Origin: Flavobacteriales bacterium
GTDB taxonomy: Bacteria > Bacteroidota > Bacteroidia > Flavobacteriales_F > PHOS-HE28
Length of the DNA: 64,000 nucleotides
Direction: 5' to 3'
Assembly: GCA_041749915.1 (NCBI GenBank)
Contig: JBGTAJ010000195.1
Span: 16,844 to 80,843 of the forward strand
Part shown: piece by piece, positions 59,204 through 64,000 of the stretch
Numbering within the stretch: position 1 is the stretch's first letter
Layout of the letters: each line of letters opens with the position of its first letter
Position numbers and translations under genes: made by a program
The notes under the pieces: generated by a model
The model's database searches: none
The model's input: the letters and a program-made list of their open reading frames with translations, nothing else
What the model was told of the DNA's origin: nothing

Positions 59204-59335
59204 TATTGCGTGGGTATCGGTTCGGGCACCGGGTTCCGTTCAGTTTCGATCCGCAGCGCTGTAGATCCCGCGTCAGATCAGGGCTATCTGCGGCTTGCGC
59301 ACCTTGGAGAGGACAGTGCCCAGTAATTTGGCGCC

Positions 59336-61453
59336 GTGCAGCAGGTGCTTTCCACTCCCGTCGAATTCCTCAAGGGCGTCGGCCCCTTGCGGGCTGAGTA
59401 CCTGCGCAAGGACCTGAACATCCACACCTTCGGTGATCTCCTCCAGCATTATCCCTTCCGCTATGTGGACCGCAGTGTGGTCCATCGCATCGCGGAACTG
59501 ACGGAGGACCTTCAACAAGTGCAGCTGCGCGGAGTGTTGGGGCCTGTGCGCACGGTGGGGGAAAAGCAGGGACGACGGCTCACGGCCACCCTCTCCGACC
59601 CCTCGGGCAGCGTTGATCTGGTGTGGTTCAAGGGCATCCGGTGGCTGCAGGGATCCCTGAAGCCCGGCCATGAATACGTGGTGTTCGGCAAGCCCTCGGT
59701 CTTCAAGGGGCGTTTCAACCTGGCACATCCCGAGATGGAGCTCGCCGCCACCTGGGACGAAGGCCTGGAGGCCGCCCTGCAGCCCGTTTACAGCACCACC
59801 GAGAAGCTCATCGCCAAAGGGCTCACGAGCCGTTCGATCTGGAAGTTGCAGAAGACCCTGCTGCTCAACGTGTCCGGTGTCCTACCGGAGAACCTGAGCC
59901 GCGAACTGGTGGACCTGCTGGGCGGGATCTCCCGGGAGGAGGCGGTCCGCCAGATGCATGCGCCCCAGGACCAGGAACGACTGGAACTGGCCACCCGGCG
60001 CCTGAAGTTCGAGGAGCTCTTCTTCATCCAGATGCAGCTGCTCAAACAGAAGTTGCTGCTTCAGCAGAGCCTGCGGGGCAATGTGTTCACCCAGGTGGGC
60101 GAGCTCTTCAACACCTTCTACCATACACACCTGCCCTTCGATCTCACCGGCGCACAGAAGCGGGTGGTGAAGGAGATCCGCAAGGACATGGGCACGGGGC
60201 GGCAGATGAACCGCCTGGTGCAGGGCGATGTGGGCAGTGGAAAGACCGTGGTCTCCTTGCTCAGCATGCTGATCGCCCTGGACAATGGTTTCCAGGCCGC
60301 GCTGATGGCCCCCACGGAGATCCTCGCCCAACAGCATTTCCATTCCATCAGCCGCATGGTGGAAGGCATGCCGGTGGTGGTGCGGCTGCTCACCGGCAAT
60401 TCGCGGACAGCGGAGCGCAGGAGCATCCTCTCCGCACTGAAGGCCGGCGAGGTGCACATCCTCGTGGGAACCCACGCACTGCTGGAGGACCGCGTGCAGT
60501 TCCAGCGCTTGGGACTGGTGGTGATCGATGAGCAGCACCGTTTCGGTGTGGCGCAGCGCGCGCGACTTTGGGGCAAGGCAGAGGTTCCTCCGCATGTGCT
60601 GGTGATGACCGCCACGCCCATCCCCCGCACCTTGGCCATGACGCTCTACGGAGACCTGGACACCAGCGTGATCGATGAGCTTCCACCGGGCCGCAAGCCG
60701 ATCCGCACCGTGCATCGTTTCGATCATTCACGCAACGCCGTGTTCGCCTTCATGGAGGAGGAGATCACTAAGGGGCGCCAGGTCTACGTGGTCTATCCGC
60801 TCATTGAGGAAGGCGATCCGGAGAAGATGCGCGGATTGGAACTGAAGGACCTCACCGATGGATTCGAGAGCATCTCCCGCCGATTTCCGCTGCCGAAGTA
60901 TGCCGTGAGCATCGTCCATGGCCGCATGGACCAGGCTACGAAGGACTACGAGATGGCGCGCTTCAAGAAGGGCGAGACCAACGTCCTGGTGGCCACCACG
61001 GTGATCGAGGTGGGCGTGGACGTGCCCAACGCCAGTGTGATGGTGATCGAGAACGCGGAGCGCTTCGGCCTGTCGCAGTTGCACCAGTTGCGCGGTCGGG
61101 TGGGGCGCGGCGCCGAGCAGAGTTTCTGCATCCTGATGACCGGCGACAAGCTGGGCAACGATGCCCGGTCACGCATCGAGACCATGGTGCGCACCAACGA
61201 CGGTTTCGAGATCGCGGAGACGGACCTGCGGCTGCGCGGGCCGGGCGACCTGATGGGTACGCAGCAGAGCGGACTGCCCGAGATGCACATCGCCGACCTG
61301 GTGCAGGATGGCGCCCTGTTGCAGCAGGCCCGCCAGGTGGCCATGCGGATCCTGGACGTGGACCCTGGGCTGGCCGAACCACGCCACCAGCCCATTGCGC
61401 GTGCCTTCCAGGAACGGATGAAGGACAAACCCCTGTGGGGGCGGATCAGCTGA
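59336..61453 (+). CDS. recG: ATP-dependent DNA helicase RecG.
   Basis: An N-terminal wedge domain and a superfamily-2 helicase core (GDVGSGKT, DEQHRFG, ...TATPIPRT, QLRGRVGRG). It starts at a GTG codon. Confidence 0.95.
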   Translation: MQQVLSTPVEFLKGVGPLRAEYLRKDLNIHTFGDLLQHYPFRYVDRSVVHRIAELTEDLQQVQLRGVLGPVRTVGEKQGRRLTATLSDPSGSVDLVWFKGIRWLQGSLKPGHEYVVFGKPSVFKGRFNLAHPEMELAATWDEGLEAALQPVYSTTEKLIAKGLTSRSIWKLQKTLLLNVSGVLPENLSRELVDLLGGISREEAVRQMHAPQDQERLELATRRLKFEELFFIQMQLLKQKLLLQQSLRGNVFTQVGELFNTFYHTHLPFDLTGAQKRVVKEIRKDMGTGRQMNRLVQGDVGSGKTVVSLLSMLIALDNGFQAALMAPTEILAQQHFHSISRMVEGMPVVVRLLTGNSRTAERRSILSALKAGEVHILVGTHALLEDRVQFQRLGLVVIDEQHRFGVAQRARLWGKAEVPPHVLVMTATPIPRTLAMTLYGDLDTSVIDELPPGRKPIRTVHRFDHSRNAVFAFMEEEITKGRQVYVVYPLIEEGDPEKMRGLELKDLTDGFESISRRFPLPKYAVSIVHGRMDQATKDYEMARFKKGETNVLVATTVIEVGVDVPNASVMVIENAERFGLSQLHQLRGRVGRGAEQSFCILMTGDKLGNDARSRIETMVRTNDGFEIAETDLRLRGPGDLMGTQQSGLPEMHIADLVQDGALLQQARQVAMRILDVDPGLAEPRHQPIARAFQERMKDKPLWGRIS

Positions 61454-61462
61454 GGGGCCGGC

Positions 61463-62194
61463 TCAGGTGGAGAGCGCTGCCTTGCGGCGGATCTCCTCGG
61501 GGTTCAGGACATGCCATAGCGCACCCGCCGTGATCAGCGCCTGCCCCAGCCCGTAGGTGAGCATCACCGACCACGATGCGTGGGACAAGGGGCGGGCGAA
61601 GCGGTTCGTGGCCAACAGACTGTCCGAAGCAATGAACAGCAGGGCACCGGCAAAGACAAGCACGAAGCTCTGCGTGTACGTGCGACCGAAGCGCAAGGCG
61701 GCCAGCACACCCATGGCACAGATGGCGATGGCATAGATCGTCACTGGCAGTACCAAGGTCTCCTCCATGCGTGGCAGCAGGTCGCTCGCGAAGATGATCC
61801 CGTAGCCGACCACCGCGGCGGCCAACAGCGAGCCCACCAGCAATCCCTGCCCGCCCGGGGTCTCGGAGATGTTCTGTGCAAAGGCCAGCGCATAGCACAG
61901 TTGGGCCACCATGAAGGCGCCCAGACCGATGAGGAAGTTGAACTCGTCCACATGCTGGAACATCAGGGCGACATCCCCGAAGAGACTGAACAGGAGACCG
62001 GCCTGGATCAGCAGGGTGAAGCGATCGCCCACACGGCGGCTGTTGAAGAAGAACCAACTACCGAGCACCAGCATCAGCAGGGGCTTGGTGGCGTGCACCA
62101 GCATGCGCATCCCTTGCACCTCGCCGATGATGTTCAGCATCAGCAAGATCCCGTAAACGCTCAGGTTCAGTAAAGTGTGCTTCCGGATATCCAT
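61463..62194 (-). CDS. Lysoplasmalogenase family protein (YhhN/TMEM86-like).
   Basis: A membrane protein of about 240 aa with about eight transmembrane helices. The YhhN family assignment is from memory of the family pattern. The start at 62194 (MDIRKH) was chosen; the ORF extends to 62248. Confidence 0.65.
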   Translation of the reverse strand: MDIRKHTLLNLSVYGILLMLNIIGEVQGMRMLVHATKPLLMLVLGSWFFFNSRRVGDRFTLLIQAGLLFSLFGDVALMFQHVDEFNFLIGLGAFMVAQLCYALAFAQNISETPGGQGLLVGSLLAAAVVGYGIIFASDLLPRMEETLVLPVTIYAIAICAMGVLAALRFGRTYTQSFVLVFAGALLFIASDSLLATNRFARPLSHASWSVMLTYGLGQALITAGALWHVLNPEEIRRKAALST

Positions 62195-62313
62195 GAGGGT
62201 CGAGGAGGCGAGCGGGGTGTTGGCAGCGGCCAAGTTAAGCGGCTTCACCCCTCGTGCTGTGCGAACCGACGTCCGGGTCGGGCATGTTCACGGCCAGAAC
62301 CAGGGAGCCCGGG

Positions 62314-63534
62314 TCAATGCAGCACCGGCCGGGGCAGCTGGCGGAAGAGCAGGGCCAGCGCCAGGAGCGATGCCAGGGTGATCACGGCGGTGACCGGGAG
62401 CAGGACGGTGGCAGGGAGCAGGTCCGTGCTTCGGAACAGGAGCAGCGCGAACAGGATCACGCGCAGCACTTCCACCATCAAGGCCCACCGACGTCCTTCC
62501 AGCAGCAGCCCCATGTTCATCACCCAGACCACGATCAGGCCGGCCGTGGCCCACATGCGCACCGGGCCCAGGTCGTTTTGCCGGAACAGGAAGAAGGTGA
62601 CCACCGCCAGCAGCAGGATGAACTGGGCCACCACATAGCCCGAGATGCTGCCGGATACCTCGGTGTCGAATTTCCGGTAGGTGCTGCGGTCCTTTGCCGT
62701 GGCGCCCTGGAAACCGCCCAGTTCGCGCGGCTTCCACCCCGGTGGCTTCAGGAAGACCAGCACCTTGTCCTTCCAGTTCGAGCACTGACCGGCAAGCGCG
62801 ATCAGATCACCCCAGTAATGGAAGTTGGCCTTCACGGGGTCCCAGGTCCCCAGCGTGCCAGTGATCCCGTAGATCGGTTCCTCTTCCTCCTCCTGGTAGG
62901 TGCCGAAGAGCTTGTCCCAGATGATCAGCGTTCCCGCGTGGTTGCGGTCGATGTACTTCGGGTCGCTGCCGTGATGCACACGGTGGTGGCTCGGCGTGTT
63001 GAAGAGCCATTCCACCGGCCCCAACTTGCCCAAGGCCTTGGTATGGATCCAGAACTGGTAGAGCGTGACGAATGCGCCCACGGTGAGGATGGTGACGGGA
63101 TGTACGCCCAGCAAGGCCACCGGGATGTAGAACCAGAAGCTGAAAAGCCCCTGCCACCAGCTCTGGCGCAGGGCCACGCTCAGGTTGTATTCCTCGCTCT
63201 GGTGGTGCACGATGTGCGCCGCCCACAGGAAGTTGATCTCGTGGCTCAGCCGGTGGAACCAGTAGTACAGCAGGTCGATCAGCAGGAAGGTGGCGATCCA
63301 GGTGAGCACTGAGCTCTCCAGCGTGGTGAGCCGCCAATTTTCGTAGACCCAGAGGTAGACCGCGAAGACCAGCGTTTTGGTGAAGGCGCCCACCACCTGC
63401 GAGCCGATGCCGCAGCCCATGTTCGCCACGAAATCGTTGAAGCGGTAGACCTTGCGGCCGCTCCAGGCGCTCCACGCCAGCTCAATGCCCATGAGCAGGA
63501 AGAACAGCGGGATGGACAGTGCGATGTACTCCAT
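62314..63534 (-). CDS. Fatty-acid hydroxylase superfamily (sterol desaturase family) membrane protein with an extra C-terminal multi-transmembrane extension.
   Basis: Histidine boxes HRLSHE, HIVHHQ and HHRVHHG. After the acidic linker EEEEEP there is an additional hydrophobic segment of about 160 aa. Confidence 0.7.
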   Translation of the reverse strand: MEYIALSIPLFFLLMGIELAWSAWSGRKVYRFNDFVANMGCGIGSQVVGAFTKTLVFAVYLWVYENWRLTTLESSVLTWIATFLLIDLLYYWFHRLSHEINFLWAAHIVHHQSEEYNLSVALRQSWWQGLFSFWFYIPVALLGVHPVTILTVGAFVTLYQFWIHTKALGKLGPVEWLFNTPSHHRVHHGSDPKYIDRNHAGTLIIWDKLFGTYQEEEEEPIYGITGTLGTWDPVKANFHYWGDLIALAGQCSNWKDKVLVFLKPPGWKPRELGGFQGATAKDRSTYRKFDTEVSGSISGYVVAQFILLLAVVTFFLFRQNDLGPVRMWATAGLIVVWVMNMGLLLEGRRWALMVEVLRVILFALLLFRSTDLLPATVLLPVTAVITLASLLALALLFRQLPRPVLH

Positions 63535-63663
63535 GGTCGAACCTCAAAATTAGGGCGGCCGGCGGCGGTCCTGCACCAGCACCCATCGGCCCCGGGCCAT
63601 TGGGTAACTTCGCCGACCGTTTTTTACGCCCCATCCACCTGCGCCGAGGCTTCGGCGGATATC

Positions 63664-64000
63664 ATGCGCATCTCCTGGAACTGGCTCAAGCAGTACATCG
63701 ATACGGACCTGACACCGCAGCAGGCGGGAGCGATCCTCACCAGCACCGGCCTCGAGACCGAAAGCGTGGAGCTCCATGAGCCCATCAAGGGCATGCTCGC
63801 CGGAGTGGTGGTGGGCCATGTGCTGCAGTGCCGCAAACACCCCGATGCCGACCGACTGAGCGTGACCCTGGTCGACCTCGGGCAGGGCGAACCGGTGCAG
63901 ATCGTGTGCGGCGCCCCGAACGTGGCGGCCGGACAAAAGGTGCTGGTGGCCACCGTCGGTGCCAACCTGTGCATGACGGACGGCACCTGCATCATCATCA
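63664..64000 (+). CDS. pheT: Phenylalanine--tRNA ligase beta subunit. Only the N-terminal tRNA-binding domain is present; the gene is 3'-truncated at the window edge.
   Basis: Manual translation gives MRISWNWLKQYIDTDL...GVVVGHVLQCRKHPDADRLSVTLVDLGQGEPVQIVCGAPNVAAGQKV, the canonical PheT N-terminus. It is absent from the ORF table because it has no stop codon within the window. Confidence 0.8.
   Translation, partial: MRISWNWLKQYIDTDLTPQQAGAILTSTGLETESVELHEPIKGMLAGVVVGHVLQCRKHPDADRLSVTLVDLGQGEPVQIVCGAPNVAAGQKVLVATVGANLCMTDGTCIII

Noticed and set aside
63550-63998. Two minus-strand ORFs (128 and 124 aa) overlapping the start of pheT.
   Set aside because: The plus-strand frame gives a textbook PheT tRNA-binding domain, so the minus-strand frames are spurious.

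Overview
This is a GC-rich chromosomal segment with about 60 densely packed genes. The gene content points to a gliding Bacteroidota with a type IX secretion system (T9SS). Supporting signals are gldJ, porU/porV, a PorP/SprF gene, a T9SS C-terminal-domain cargo protein, a fused ccoN-ccoO gene, an exbB-exbD-tonB-folC cluster, and recurring Bacteroidetes-type TAnnTTTG promoter boxes. No transposases, integrases, phage genes or CRISPR arrays were seen; this looks like core chromosome.

Gene order across the window:
- A truncated MacA-like adaptor plus an FtsX-type ABC permease and ATPase.
- A two-component system followed by a coiled-coil protein.
- An aldo/keto reductase.
- secA.
- A PduO-type cobalamin adenosyltransferase and an O-methyltransferase.
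- A complete cbb3 oxidase locus: ccoI, ccoS, ccoNO, a ccoQ-like ORF, ccoP, ccoG, ccoH and a TauE-like gene.
- A ten-gene minus-strand run from an ECF sigma factor through crtI, crtB, idi, folE, a photolyase, two tandem small ORFs and an SRPBCC gene to crtZ.
- A TonB-dependent receptor.
- Two tRNA-Val genes with an adjacent degenerate tRNA-like fragment.
- folC-tonB-exbD-exbB.
- gdh, anmK, an acyl-CoA dehydrogenase and murF.
- A T9SS/gliding block: gldJ, a PorP/SprF gene, porU and porV.
- ispF, a DUF4956 + VTC pair, cdd, pdhA and the E2 gene.
- A rhomboid protease flanked by two paralogous lipoproteins.
- recG, a lysoplasmalogenase + fatty-acid-hydroxylase pair, and the start of pheT.

The most interesting items:
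1. The ECF-sigma-led carotenoid/photolyase/folE run with its tandem 53-aa genes.
2. The hydroxylase/YhhN pair, which resembles an ether-lipid cleavage module.
3. The lipoprotein–rhomboid–lipoprotein arrangement.
4. A four-copy CACATGnn repeat array 30 bp upstream of the aldo/keto reductase.

All calls rest on reading the translated ORFs against known protein families from memory and inspecting the DNA by eye. No database search was run.
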